A DNA stretch of 64,000 nucleotides from Elainellaceae cyanobacterium (GCA_049647405.1 JBARXP010000334.1:30412-94411), one strand, 5' to 3'; counted from the stretch's first letter, positions 8,861-19,615 are shown. Numbers and translations: made by a program. The notes: generated by a model not told the origin, from the sequence alone.

Positions 8861-11062
8861 ATGAAGCTTTGTAGCGTAGATATTGTAGATACTCTGATTT
8901 GTCCGTTGAGCCGGATTGGGTTGGGTCTGGTGATTGGGGTTTGGGGAAGCGGGTTGCCGTGGGCGATCGCCCACGCTCAGGAGAGTCCTCAAGATAACGC
9001 TCCTGTCACCTCTCCCGTCACACCCGAGGGTGTGACTACCAATACTATTCCTATTGATGCCATTCCCATTGATGAAACCGTGGAATGCGAGATTCTCGTC
9101 GTTGGGGGTGGGCTGTCAGGAGTTGCCACTGCTTATGAATCGCTCCATTCTGGACGCACCGTTTGCATTACTGAACTGACAGACTGGCTAGGGGGGCAAA
9201 TTTCGTCTCAGGGCACATCGGCGCTAGACGAAGCTGGCAAGCAGCGATCGCTCCTGTTTTATTCTCGGGGCTACAACGAGCTGCGCCAGCGCATCGAAGA
9301 GTACTATGACCAGATCAACCCTGGAGATTGTTGGGTCAGTGCCTCCTGTTTTTTGCCCAAAGATGCCCACGCCATCTTGGTCGAAATGCTGGATGATGCC
9401 GCCGATGAGGGCGACGGCACGCTTCTCTGGTTTCCCTCAACGGTGATCAAAGAATTAGACATCAGCGACGACGGACGACAAATCGAAGGGGCGATCGCCA
9501 TTCACCATGCTCCCGCTCCAGAGACTCCACCGCTCAATCATGAGCCTCTGTCTGACACCATTGAAGATGCTTATCAATATGAAGACTCCGAACGATTCAC
9601 GAAGAGGGTCATCCGCTTTCAGCCGCTCACCCCTGAAGTTGAGGATGATTTTGATGAAGATTCAAGCCAAGATTCAGCCGAACCTGCATCTGTCACCGGA
9701 GCAGACTGGTACGTGGTGGAAGCGACAGAAACAGGTGAGATCACTGCCTTAGCCGATGTGCCCTATCGAGTCGGCATTGATCCCCGATCGGCCTATAACC
9801 CATCTTCTGCCAGTGCCACAGGCGATCCCTACTGCACTCAGGGATTTACCTACACCTTTGCGATGGAGCAAACCGAAGACCCCCAACCCCAAGTCAAACC
9901 AGACTTTTACGATCGCTACCAGCCCTACTATGGCTATGATCCCAACCCTAACCTGGCTGACTTCGACACCGTGTTTACCTATCGCCGCATCTGGGCTCCT
10001 GACGCCGATGACCGCGAAGAAACCGTGCCGCGATTTGGCGTGACCGTGCCGCAACCCGGCGATATTTCGATGCAAAACTGGGTCTGGGGCAACGACTACC
10101 GACCCGGCACGGCAGCCGATAATTTGATCTACAGTCGCGAGCAGCTTCAGCAGCTTGGGCAACTTCAGCCCGGAAAATGGCAAGGAGGATTGCGCACCGA
10201 AACCCTCCGCAATGGCGAAGAACTCGCCCGAGGGTTTTATTACTGGCTTGTAGAAGGAACGACAGATTCACAGCTGGGCGATGGGGTGAAAGAGCCGCAT
10301 CCTAATCAAATGCTGTTGCGCGGCCTCGACTCTCCCATGGGTACAGAACACGGCCTCTCCAAATACCCCTACATTCGTGAGGGGCGGAGAATTATTGGGC
10401 GTCCGTCTTACGGGCATACCAGCGGTTTTGCCGTTAACGAGATCGACATTTCGCGGCAAGATTTCCGCGCAGACTATTACCCCAACACATTATCTTCAGA
10501 AACCTACCGACGACTGTGGCATGCACTGGCAGGGCTAGAGGCAACCCAGGCCATTCGCAACGCCACCGACCCAGACAATATCGTTCGGCGGACGCGCTCT
10601 ACGATTTATCCAGACGCGGTGGGCATTGCTCAATACGCCATCGATTTTCATCCCTGTATGGCCGAGCATCCGCCTGAGAAACCAGGCAATATCGAACGTC
10701 CCGGTACTCGCCAGGGTCATGGGCAAGCCTATCCGGCTCAGATTCCCCTGCGAGCGATGATTCCTCAAAATCTAGATAATTTGCTCGTTGCCAGCAAAAG
10801 CATTGCCACCAGCCATATTGCAGCGGCGGCCTATCGCGTCCATTCCTTTGAGTGGTCGGTGGGTGCAGCCGCTGGCACTACGCTAAATTTTGTCATGGAG
10901 CAAGAGCTTTTCCCGGCTGAATTGGTGGATGAGCTACCCTATCCAGAACCGGAGTTGCAGCAGCTCAAGCAGCGTCTCAACCAAAACGGTAATCCTACGG
11001 CGTTTCCAGACACATCGATTTTCAACTTAGATTGGGAAGACTGGCGGGTTTGGGGCGGATAA
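8861..11062 (+). CDS. FAD-dependent oxidoreductase with N-terminal signal peptide (733 aa)
   Basis: Rossmann dinucleotide motif VVGGGLSGVATAYE near the N-terminus after a hydrophobic leader, acidic linker regions, and a large C-terminal domain. Confidence 0.6.
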   Translation: MKLCSVDIVDTLICPLSRIGLGLVIGVWGSGLPWAIAHAQESPQDNAPVTSPVTPEGVTTNTIPIDAIPIDETVECEILVVGGGLSGVATAYESLHSGRTVCITELTDWLGGQISSQGTSALDEAGKQRSLLFYSRGYNELRQRIEEYYDQINPGDCWVSASCFLPKDAHAILVEMLDDAADEGDGTLLWFPSTVIKELDISDDGRQIEGAIAIHHAPAPETPPLNHEPLSDTIEDAYQYEDSERFTKRVIRFQPLTPEVEDDFDEDSSQDSAEPASVTGADWYVVEATETGEITALADVPYRVGIDPRSAYNPSSASATGDPYCTQGFTYTFAMEQTEDPQPQVKPDFYDRYQPYYGYDPNPNLADFDTVFTYRRIWAPDADDREETVPRFGVTVPQPGDISMQNWVWGNDYRPGTAADNLIYSREQLQQLGQLQPGKWQGGLRTETLRNGEELARGFYYWLVEGTTDSQLGDGVKEPHPNQMLLRGLDSPMGTEHGLSKYPYIREGRRIIGRPSYGHTSGFAVNEIDISRQDFRADYYPNTLSSETYRRLWHALAGLEATQAIRNATDPDNIVRRTRSTIYPDAVGIAQYAIDFHPCMAEHPPEKPGNIERPGTRQGHGQAYPAQIPLRAMIPQNLDNLLVASKSIATSHIAAAAYRVHSFEWSVGAAAGTTLNFVMEQELFPAELVDELPYPEPELQQLKQRLNQNGNPTAFPDTSIFNLDWEDWRVWGG

Positions 11063-11361
11063 AGCGGGTAAAGACAATGGCTCCGGTCTAATTCTCCGCT
11101 TATCTAGCCCAGCGGTTCAATTTAGGCGATGCCTGTTTAAGGTGAACCATACCTGTGGAATACAGCGGTTGAACGGGAGCAAGATCAGAATAGAGAGCGA
11201 TCGCCAAATGCCTACGAGTCGTGTGTTCCAGAAATCTTTATGTTCTGTAGAAAATCTAAAATAAATTGTGGAAAACCCCCGATCTCTGTGGAAAGTTTTG
11301 GGGATCACTCACGAGCTAGCTGACGACAACTCAGATGGAAAGCCAATTTAGAAACAACCCA

Positions 11362-11403
11362 TAAAAAATCAGTGCTTCCAGCCCTAAAACGGGAAGCACT
11401 GAT
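11362..11403 (-). terminator. Intrinsic terminator, probably ending the htrA transcript (12-bp stem followed by a U6 run on the minus strand)
   Basis: atcagtgcttcc-N12-ggaagcactgat preceded by aaaaaa on the plus strand. It lies downstream of htrA, beyond repeat element copy A. Confidence 0.6.
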
Positions 11404-11444
11404 GTTAAACAACCAACCTGAAATGAATCAACTGATCTCGGCCA

Positions 11445-11532
11445 GACTTACGCATTTTGTTGAAATTGAGGGCGCGCCGCGCCCTCAATCTCAACGAATT
11501 TATTCAGGCTTACGCGAGTTGTGTGTAAGTCC
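11445..11532. repeat. About 88-bp nested-palindrome repeat element, copy A (family shared with 52803-52891)
   Basis: Outer inverted repeat acttacgca...tgtgtaagt; inner 18-bp stem gttgaaattgagggcgcg / cgcgccctcaatctcaac; shared spacer tttattcagg-tta-gcgagttgtg. Confidence 0.7.
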
Positions 11533-11586
11533 TGTCGGCAGCTTTTGATCTTGAAGACCTTTGATCTTGATGGCCTTTGACGATAT

Positions 11587-12843
11587 CTATCGTGCTGATG
11601 GAATCTCACCTAAGGTTGCTGTTAAATCGAGGGTGCGGTCGTTTCGCTGCACCTCAATATCGAGCGAGTCACCCACTCCACGACCAGACACAATCTCTTG
11701 AATATCGGCAGCACTGGCGATCGCCTGCCCTTCAACTTCAGTCACCAAATCTCCGGCCTCTAGACCCGCCTCACTTGCGGGAGAATTGGGCATCACCTGC
11801 ATAATTAGGACGCCTTCATCCACATTAGGGCTGATCTGATTGTTGGGATCATTCGCGAGCTGCTGCTTTAGTTCTGGGGTCAGATCGACCATCTGAATTC
11901 CCAGATAGGTATGCTCGACCTTGCCTGTATCAATAATTTGTTGGGCCAGATCTCTTACCGTATTAATCGGAATGGCAAAACCAATGCCCTGCGCTCCCTG
12001 AATGATGGCCGTATTCATCCCAATCACTTTGCCTTCAACGTCAAGCAACGGACCACCAGAATTGCCGGGGTTAATCGCCGTATCAGTCTGAATAAAATCA
12101 ACGCGCTTGTCAGGAATACCCACTTCGCGGCTGGTGCGACCCGTGGCGCTGATGATACCTGCTGTCACCGTATTGTCTAGACCCAGCGGGTTGCCAATGG
12201 CGATCGCCCAATCTCCAGGCCGCAAAATATCAGAGTCGCTAATCTTAACAGTCGGTAAATTGTTGGCTTCGACTCTGACGACCGCAACATCTGTCGTAGA
12301 GTCGCTGCCGAGCACTGTCCCTTCAAGTTGGCGGCCATCTTTCAGCGTGACCTGAACTGTGTCGCTGCCTTCAACGACATGGGCATTGGTAATGACGTGA
12401 CCCTCTTCATCCAAAATAAATCCGGAACCCACACCCCGCTGCACTTGCTCGCCCTGGGGTAGAGAATTGCCAAAAAAGCGCCGCAGCATTGGGTCGTCAG
12501 GAATTGAGCTACTCACTGTGCGGGAGGCATTGATGCGCACCACGGCAGGGCCAGTTTCTTCAACAACATTGCTAATGAAGTTGGAGTCGATGGGCAGTCC
12601 TGCGGATACAGCGGGCCTCGATTCACTGTCTCGTGGGGAAGCTGTCGCACCTGGGCTTAGCACCTCTGTTGCCGCTGTCTGGGCGATCGCTGGCTCCTCA
12701 GTTTGAACTCCAGAGTCAGAGGCAAGGTATCCGCCGACGGTTGCCATGCCTGCACCGACCAATACAAAAAATAGGGAGGTTAGGGGCTGCTTCCAAGAGC
12801 GAGTAGAACGCGCATTGGGGGTTTGGGGATTTGGGGATGTCAT
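11587..12843 (-). CDS. htrA: HtrA/DegP-family periplasmic serine protease with PDZ domain
   Basis: Catalytic triad motifs TNAHVV, D and GNSGGPL, plus a C-terminal PDZ domain. The probable start is MTSPNPQ (ATG at 12843) followed by a TM/signal segment; the track ORF extends to 13014. Confidence 0.85.
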   Translation of the reverse strand: MTSPNPQTPNARSTRSWKQPLTSLFFVLVGAGMATVGGYLASDSGVQTEEPAIAQTAATEVLSPGATASPRDSESRPAVSAGLPIDSNFISNVVEETGPAVVRINASRTVSSSIPDDPMLRRFFGNSLPQGEQVQRGVGSGFILDEEGHVITNAHVVEGSDTVQVTLKDGRQLEGTVLGSDSTTDVAVVRVEANNLPTVKISDSDILRPGDWAIAIGNPLGLDNTVTAGIISATGRTSREVGIPDKRVDFIQTDTAINPGNSGGPLLDVEGKVIGMNTAIIQGAQGIGFAIPINTVRDLAQQIIDTGKVEHTYLGIQMVDLTPELKQQLANDPNNQISPNVDEGVLIMQVMPNSPASEAGLEAGDLVTEVEGQAIASAADIQEIVSGRGVGDSLDIEVQRNDRTLDLTATLGEIPSAR

Positions 12844-13674
12844 AGGGCTATGGTGAAACGTGTGAACGAATGAAACGTTGAAATGAATGGACAAGCCAGA
12901 AGCAAAAATAGGCAGAGCGCGCGACCCTTGAGTGTGAGGTGGAATGGTTCGTGTGAGGAACGGGTTACCCGCAAGAGTCGCGTCTGCTAAGAGGATGAGC
13001 ACCGAATATTGCACCGAATATTGCGCTGAATATTGAACTCTCCCTCTTAATATTTAAGATAAGCAGCCGAAGTCAAGCTCGTGTGACGGCAGTATGACAT
13101 CTCCGCGACAATTTCGTAGAAATTTTTCTCAGTAGCCCACAAGCCTCTGATTCTGGTACTTTTGTGCAATTGCAGGCACTGCGGCTAAAGCAGCGGCGGC
13201 ACAAGATGCCCGACTTTTCGGGTTCAAAATAGAGCATTTGAACCGTGATATATTGATGTCCTGGCTGGGGGTGCCTTTCACCTAAGAAGGCTGAGAATAC
13301 ACCCTTAGAACCTGAACCGGGTAATCCCGGCGGAGGGAAGCTGAATTTTCGTAGATCGCTTCATCATAAAGCGAACAGGATAAAGCGAATGGGAGAGGCA
13401 CCTGACTTCTTTAAGTGTAGATCATGCAGTTTTAACGTCGCTGAAGTCGTTGTTCAGTGGAATAGCTGGGTCGCTAGTTCTAGCGCAGATGCTGGCTGAT
13501 CTTGAGCGATCACAGTCGGCTTGCATCAGCAGGTTAAACCAAGCTGAACCACTTGTCCTGTAACGATCTGGAGATTTTTCGCTTCCCCATACTTTTGTCA
13601 ATGGCCACAGGAGCCGTTGATTTTTGCTGGGTTCAAGCCCTGCTGACAGGCAGGCATAAAGTACGGGGAACACC

Positions 13675-15150
13675 ATGTCATTTGACTCTTTAGCACTTGT
13701 CGTCACCCTAGTGACCGTTTCGAGTTTTACCCTGCTGGGTCTGATCAACCTGAGCCAGCGATCGCTCACCGATGTCGAAAACTATATTGTTCATCGTAAC
13801 CAGGTGGGCAGCTCGATGGCGATCGCCACTATCGTCGCGTCGGTTATTGGCGCGTGGCTCCTGCTCAGCCCAGCCGAAGCTGCGACCTGGGCTGGCATTC
13901 CAGGCATCATCGGCTACAGCATCGGTCAAGCGGCTCCTTTAGTTGCTTTCGCATACCTTGGCCCACGACTGCGTCAGCTCATGCCTCAGGGGCACTCGTT
14001 GACTGAGTATGTCTGGCATCGCTTTGGCGCAGGCATGTACAGTTTCACAGTATTGATTTCTGTGTTCTATATGTTTGTGTTTTTAGCCGCAGAACTGACT
14101 GGCGTCGCCCTAGCGATGAATCTTATTGCCAATATTCCTCTCGGCTGGACAGCGCTGATTGTCGCTACTGCAACGCTGATCTACACCACCTATGGAGGAC
14201 TGCAGGCCACAATTTTTACCGACAATCTCCAATTCGTTTTGATCTTGCCCCTATTGGTGATTGTCTTTGGGGTGACGACTGCTCTACTCGGTGGACTGGG
14301 AACAGCTCTAGCGCCTTTGACTGCTGTGGATGCACCACCACTCCTATCCCCCACCAATGCCCCTGGCGTAGAATTTGGCTTTGCGTTAATCATTGCCATT
14401 TTGGCGGCAAATCTATTTCATCAAGGCTTTTGGCAGCGAGTCTATGCCTGTCGAGATCTGCCAACTCTACGGCGCTCGTATTGGATTGCCGGACTCATCG
14501 TTGTTCCGATGATTATTTTGTCAGGCATGATCGGCCTAATGGCGGTGGGTCATGGCGTGCCGCCAGAGCAAGCATCAGTCGCTCTTTTTGCTCTGGTCAA
14601 AGAAGTGATGCCTCCTTGGGCGTTGCTGCTCGTGTTGGTTTTGGCGTTGGCCCTGGTGATGAGCAGCATGGATACGCTGATCAACGGTATCAGCAGCACG
14701 GTGGTAAGCGACCTGGCCCGATGGCGATCGCACCTCCCTGCGGGTCAACTCATGCGCATTGCTCGCATCGTGACTGTGATCGTCACGTTACCCGCCATTG
14801 CGATCGCATCTCAGGGCTACAGCGTTCTGTACTTGTTTTTGATTGCTGATCTGGTCTGTGCAGGGGCGATGGTTCCCGTCTTTTACGGACTTTATTCTCG
14901 TCAATTTAGCGGCTCTTCTGCTCTCATTAGTTGCCTGGTGGGCATTGCCGCAGGGCTACTGTTTTTCCCGAAGCCAGACTTCACACCCATATTCGCCATT
15001 CCCCTAGCGGGACGATTTCTGGTCAGCTTTGGGGCGGCTCTGGTCGTTTCATCGGTGTTGGCGATCGCCCTATCTCAATGGCTCGACGCCAAGCAATCGC
15101 CTTTTGACTTTGCAGAACTAGAAAAACAGGTTCACAATATTCGCTCCTAA
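13675..15150 (+). CDS. Sodium:solute symporter family (SSF) transporter
   Basis: 491 aa with about 13 predicted TM helices and SSF-type topology and motifs. It is preceded by a 660-bp leader. Confidence 0.8.
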   Translation: MSFDSLALVVTLVTVSSFTLLGLINLSQRSLTDVENYIVHRNQVGSSMAIATIVASVIGAWLLLSPAEAATWAGIPGIIGYSIGQAAPLVAFAYLGPRLRQLMPQGHSLTEYVWHRFGAGMYSFTVLISVFYMFVFLAAELTGVALAMNLIANIPLGWTALIVATATLIYTTYGGLQATIFTDNLQFVLILPLLVIVFGVTTALLGGLGTALAPLTAVDAPPLLSPTNAPGVEFGFALIIAILAANLFHQGFWQRVYACRDLPTLRRSYWIAGLIVVPMIILSGMIGLMAVGHGVPPEQASVALFALVKEVMPPWALLLVLVLALALVMSSMDTLINGISSTVVSDLARWRSHLPAGQLMRIARIVTVIVTLPAIAIASQGYSVLYLFLIADLVCAGAMVPVFYGLYSRQFSGSSALISCLVGIAAGLLFFPKPDFTPIFAIPLAGRFLVSFGAALVVSSVLAIALSQWLDAKQSPFDFAELEKQVHNIRS

Positions 15151-15353
15151 GTCTCCGTGAAGAATGACCACTTATTGGGCGTGATTTCAATTTGGGCGTG
15201 ATTTCCAGTTCACGTTTGACCAGATCAGTCGCACAGGATTCTCCGCAGTACGACATCTTTTAAGAACCAGGCTCTATATCCTGCACTACAGTCTGGGCAG
15301 AAGTTTGGGCAGACTGTGGAAATTTTGTCCGAAGAGGAAGCTTAGCCTCTGGT

Positions 15354-15682
15354 CGTCTGGATATTGCGTCAACGTCTGAAGTATTTGTTTAGCGTGATGT
15401 TCTGCCAGATCCCCCTTAACCTTAAAAAGGGGGACTTTGAACCAGCCTTGAAAAGCCCCCTTTTTAAGGGTAGGGCTGATTCCTTACTCAGAGAAAACTC
15501 TTGGAAGCCCTACCTTTTCGTTCGAACTCGTCTGAGTGCAAACCAAGGAATCGAGGTTTCGAGCCTATTCTTTTTCTAGAGAATCAGCCCTACCCTTTTT
15601 AAGGGGGCGGCGACAGCGGGGGATCATACGCCTGTGCTAAACACATACCGTCTGATTCAGACGTTGACGCAACATTCTGACT
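15354..15682. mobile_element. MITE-like non-autonomous element (about 330 bp, long imperfect inverted repeat, no ORF)
   Basis: Perfect 17-bp terminal inverted repeats ttgcgtcaacgtctgaa (15364-15380) and ttcagacgttgacgcaa (15656-15672), extendable to about 27 bp imperfect. Subterminal arms share tgtttagc...gatccccc...cccttaaaaaggg, and an internal 16-bp inverted repeat is agggtagggctgattc / gaatcagccctaccct. Confidence 0.6.
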
Positions 15683-16420
15683 TTTTCTCGTAGCACCTGT
15701 ATATTTATCCGGGCGTTTCCACCCCTCAGCCGAACTATAAAGTTGGACAGGCGATAAGTTCATTCCCAATCAGTGCATCTTCAGTGCATCTATGGCTGTG
15801 ACGCGTCAGATAATGACCGATACAAATGATCGATACAGGGGAGTCGCTTCATCTTCGGATAACGCTAGACTACTACCATCACACCAAGACTATCTCTCTT
15901 TAGTCTTTTCAGATTTTGAATATTTCAAATTCGTGTCGTTATTGAACAGCATTAAATCAAGATTTTGTTTTACCTGCTAATTTTTATAGGTTAACCCCTG
16001 TATCCATTAACTAGCAATGGTTAAACCCGATCGAATCAGTGACGATTTGGTCGTTCAATGTGGGCATACTGAAGCACATAGAGTTTTTTGTGGTGTTCTC
16101 TGCAATCGTGCGCTCGATTACGGTAAAAACTCTGGCGCTGAAGCTAAATCCGAGTATATGAGTCAACTCAACCATCAACTGTTGCATTTACGCAGTTTGT
16201 TGAATAATGTGTTGGTGGCTCAACTTGCATACCGGATCTCTTTCATACCGGGTCTAAGGCAAACCCCAGATTTTGTACTTTGGCAACTGGGGATTTAATC
16301 AGACATCTACCTAGACACATACATTGATGTGAGACAACTGAGTTCATACACAAGTATTCATTCATCAAGCATTCATTGGGTTACCCATAGAATCGCCACT
16401 TGCTTGGATACCGGGGTTAG

Positions 16421-16798
16421 GTGGGAGTCATGACGAAGATTTTAATTGTAGACGATAGTCAAACCTTGCGAACGATGCTCTCTGATTTACTCAAGAGCAA
16501 AGGTATCGTTGTTGCTGAAGCAACGAACGGAAAAGAAGCTCAGCAACAACTTCAAGCTGGTAATCTTCCCGATTTGGTGATTACAGATTTGGTGATGCCA
16601 GAAATGAATGGCTATGAGCTGTGTCGATGGATCAAAGCCAATACTCAGAAAATTCCGGTGTTGATGTGTTCGACAAAGAGCGAAGAATTCGATCGATATT
16701 GGGGAATGAAGCAGGGCGCTGATGCCTACATTACCAAGCCCTTTCATCCACCTGAGCTACTAAAAACCGTTAACCAGCTCCTTCGCAGCGTGATTTGA
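16421..16798 (+). CDS. CheY-like single-domain response regulator
   Basis: 125 aa with a REC domain: DD pair, phospho-acceptor Asp in the DLVMPEMNGYEL context, and the KPF motif. Confidence 0.85.
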   Translation: MGVMTKILIVDDSQTLRTMLSDLLKSKGIVVAEATNGKEAQQQLQAGNLPDLVITDLVMPEMNGYELCRWIKANTQKIPVLMCSTKSEEFDRYWGMKQGADAYITKPFHPPELLKTVNQLLRSVI

Positions 16799-17229
16799 GC
16801 CATTCTGGATAATCATTCTGGATAATATCGACGGCGCTTGATTGAACGTAGTTTTGACGCGTTTAATTCTGCGTTTTTGTGTCTATGCTCCGGATTTTTG
16901 CGACGAGTTCAGATTATTGAATTCAACGTATTCGAGGTGAATTCAGCATGAGAATCCTGATTCAGGCGATCGCCATTCTTACGGGACTATATGGGCTGTA
17001 CCTGATCAAGTCGGCATTAGGAATTAATATTTTTGAGAACTACCACGCCATCGATATTTTGAAGATGCCGGTGAAGGCGATCGCCGATCAGGTGAGATCT
17101 CTGGGAGCATAGCTCGATGTTGGCTGACTCAGCCGATGACTGTTTGTGGCTATAGCAGTGCCTACAAAAATAGGGAGGCACAAATGCCTCCCCAAGGGAA
17201 TTTCTATGACCTAAATCAGCATCAAACCT

Positions 17230-17853
17230 CTAGAGCAGCGTCAAAAGGTAGATGAGTGTAAACAGCACAATCCAGATAATGTCTACAAAGTGCCAGTAGA
17301 TTTCGGCCATTTCGACGCCTGTATGCTTTGACTCGTTGTAGTGACCTTCGCGGCGCGATCGCCACATGACACCCAAAATCAGCAGCAGTCCGATAAAGAC
17401 GTGGAGCCCGTGAAATCCCGTCAGAATATAAAAGCAGTTAGAGAAAATGTTGTTGGTTAGGCCATACCCAAGAGTTGCGTACTCATAGGCTTGACCTCCG
17501 AGGAAGATAGCTCCCATCGCCAACGTGATCCCATACCAGAGGCGCAGCCCGCCGACATCATTCTTTTTGATGGCGGTGTCGCCCATGTGAATCACAAAGC
17601 TACTCGACACCAGAATAATGGTGTTGATGGTTGGCAGCAGCAGTTCGACTTCCGTGCCTTCGGGAGGCCATTGGGCAGACATGCCTCGATAGGCGATGTA
17701 AACCGCAAAGAAACCGCCAAACATGAGAGATTCTGACGCGAGGAAGGTCAGCAGACCCCAGATGCGCAGGTCAGCATGTTCGTGGTCTCCATGATGAGCG
17801 TCTGCATGGGCATCAGCCGCGACATTTATTCCTGTGGATGCAGTATCAACCAT
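17230..17853 (-). CDS. ctaE: Cytochrome c oxidase subunit III
   Basis: 207 aa with 5 TM helices and the conserved His-rich CoxIII core; last gene of a ctaCDE operon. Confidence 0.85.
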   Translation of the reverse strand: MVDTASTGINVAADAHADAHHGDHEHADLRIWGLLTFLASESLMFGGFFAVYIAYRGMSAQWPPEGTEVELLLPTINTIILVSSSFVIHMGDTAIKKNDVGGLRLWYGITLAMGAIFLGGQAYEYATLGYGLTNNIFSNCFYILTGFHGLHVFIGLLLILGVMWRSRREGHYNESKHTGVEMAEIYWHFVDIIWIVLFTLIYLLTLL

Positions 17854-17938
17854 AGACGAAAACCTTCAGACAGAGAGCATTGAAGAAACAGGTTGGCGAG
17901 AAGGGAGCGATCGCCCCCTTCCTCACAGATGAGCATTG

Positions 17939-19615
17939 CTACGAAGCCGAAACACTCACTTCCGGCGTTCCTTTATTGGGAATCGTTTTACCCATGCCGT
18001 AGTCATAGGGGCCAGTTTCCACCGTCGGCAACACTTCCCAGTTTTCGATGATCGGCGGTGAAGCCGTCGTCCACTCTAGGGTCAACGCATCCCAAGGATT
18101 TCCATCCGCTTTTTCACCCTTTGTCCAGCTCCAGGCTGCATTGATGAAGAAGGGAATCACAGAAAGCCCCAGCACAAATGCACCAAAGGTACAGAGCTGA
18201 TTGATCGTCGTGAACTGAGGATCGTACATCGCGACCCGTCGCGGCATTCCATGCAGGCCCAAGCTGTGCATGGGCAAGAAGGTCAGGTTTGTGCCGATGA
18301 AGGTCAAGACAAAGTGAGCAATGCCGAGCTTTTCATTCATAAACCGCCCGGTCATCTTTGGAAACCAGTGGTAAACCGCTGAGTAGATGCCAAAGACCGA
18401 TCCGCCAAACAGCACATAGTGGAAGTGAGCCACCACGTAATAGGTATCGTGAACGTGGATGTCTACGGGAGCAGTGCCCAAGGTGACGCCGCTGATGCCG
18501 CCCAAGACAAACATCGCCAGCAGGCCAATGGCAAACAGCATGGCCGAGTTTAGCCGAATTTTGCCGCCCCAAAGGGTTGCAACCCAGCTAAAGATTTTGA
18601 CCCCGGTGGGCACGGCCACAATCATGGTCGAAATCGTGAAGAAAAGGCGCATCCACGGCGGGGTTCCACTGGTAAACATGTGGTGAACCCAGACAAACAG
18701 ACCAATGACGCAAATGGCGAGACTGGAATAGGCGATCGCCTTGTAGCCAAAAATCGGCTTGCGGGAATGGATGGAAATCACTTCAGACATGATGCCGAAG
18801 ATCGGCAAAATCATCAGATACACGGCGGGGTGTGAGTAAAACCAGAACAAGTGCTGGTACATCACCACATGACCACCCGCATCGGGCCTAAAGAATGACG
18901 TGCCGAAATTAATGTCAAACAGCAGCAGCACCATGCCTGCTGCCAACACAGGGGTAGACACCAACGCCAAAATCGACGTGGCAAACATCGCCCAGCAAAA
19001 CAGCGGCAAGCGATTCCAGTTCATGCTGGGAACCCGCATTTTGATCAGGGTCACCAAAAAGTTAACCGAACCCAAAATGGATGAGGTGCCCACTAGCACG
19101 ATCGCCAAAATCCACATGGACTGGGCTGTCGGTGCAGTAATGAGGCTGAGAGGAGGGTAAGACGTCCAGCCCGCCTGCGCTCCGCCGAAAAAGAAACTGC
19201 CCATGATCAGCAGACCCGCTGGGGGGTTAAGCCAGAAGGCGATCGCATTCAGCTTCGGAAACGCCATATCTCGCGCCCCAATCATCAAGGGCAGCAAGTA
19301 GTTGCCAAACCCACCAATCGCCGCAGGCACAATCCACAGGAAGATCATGATCGTGCCGTGATTGGTCAGAAACGCATTATAAAGACTGGGATCGAGAAAA
19401 TCAGGATCAGGGGTCGCCAACTCGGTGCGCATGGCCACCGCCATCGCCCCACCGACCAAGTAGAAGAAGAAAGACGTGACTAGGTATTGAATCCCAATCA
19501 CCTTGTGATCGACATTAAACGTGAAATATTCGTACCACCGCCAGGATGTCCTGCCCTCATGGCTGGGAATCAGGGAAAACCCTGGTTTTTCAACGGGGAT
19601 TTGTGCTTGAGCCAT
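17939..19615 (-). CDS. ctaD: Cytochrome c oxidase subunit I
   Basis: 558 aa with 12 TM helices and heme-copper oxidase signatures (WFFGHPEVY-like, HHMF). Confidence 0.9.
   Translation of the reverse strand: MAQAQIPVEKPGFSLIPSHEGRTSWRWYEYFTFNVDHKVIGIQYLVTSFFFYLVGGAMAVAMRTELATPDPDFLDPSLYNAFLTNHGTIMIFLWIVPAAIGGFGNYLLPLMIGARDMAFPKLNAIAFWLNPPAGLLIMGSFFFGGAQAGWTSYPPLSLITAPTAQSMWILAIVLVGTSSILGSVNFLVTLIKMRVPSMNWNRLPLFCWAMFATSILALVSTPVLAAGMVLLLFDINFGTSFFRPDAGGHVVMYQHLFWFYSHPAVYLMILPIFGIMSEVISIHSRKPIFGYKAIAYSSLAICVIGLFVWVHHMFTSGTPPWMRLFFTISTMIVAVPTGVKIFSWVATLWGGKIRLNSAMLFAIGLLAMFVLGGISGVTLGTAPVDIHVHDTYYVVAHFHYVLFGGSVFGIYSAVYHWFPKMTGRFMNEKLGIAHFVLTFIGTNLTFLPMHSLGLHGMPRRVAMYDPQFTTINQLCTFGAFVLGLSVIPFFINAAWSWTKGEKADGNPWDALTLEWTTASPPIIENWEVLPTVETGPYDYGMGKTIPNKGTPEVSVSAS

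Noticed and set aside
15364-15579. 71-codon ORF inside the MITE-like element
   Set aside because: It lies wholly within the inverted-repeat element, has low-complexity composition and no RBS, so it is more likely a chance ORF in a structured repeat.
15792-16298. Two small plus-strand ORFs (62 and 93 codons) upstream of the CheY-like gene, considered as a possible toxin-antitoxin pair
   Set aside because: They are AT-rich with no recognisable toxin or antitoxin motifs, no RBS and an unremarkable hydropathy pattern, so there is insufficient support.
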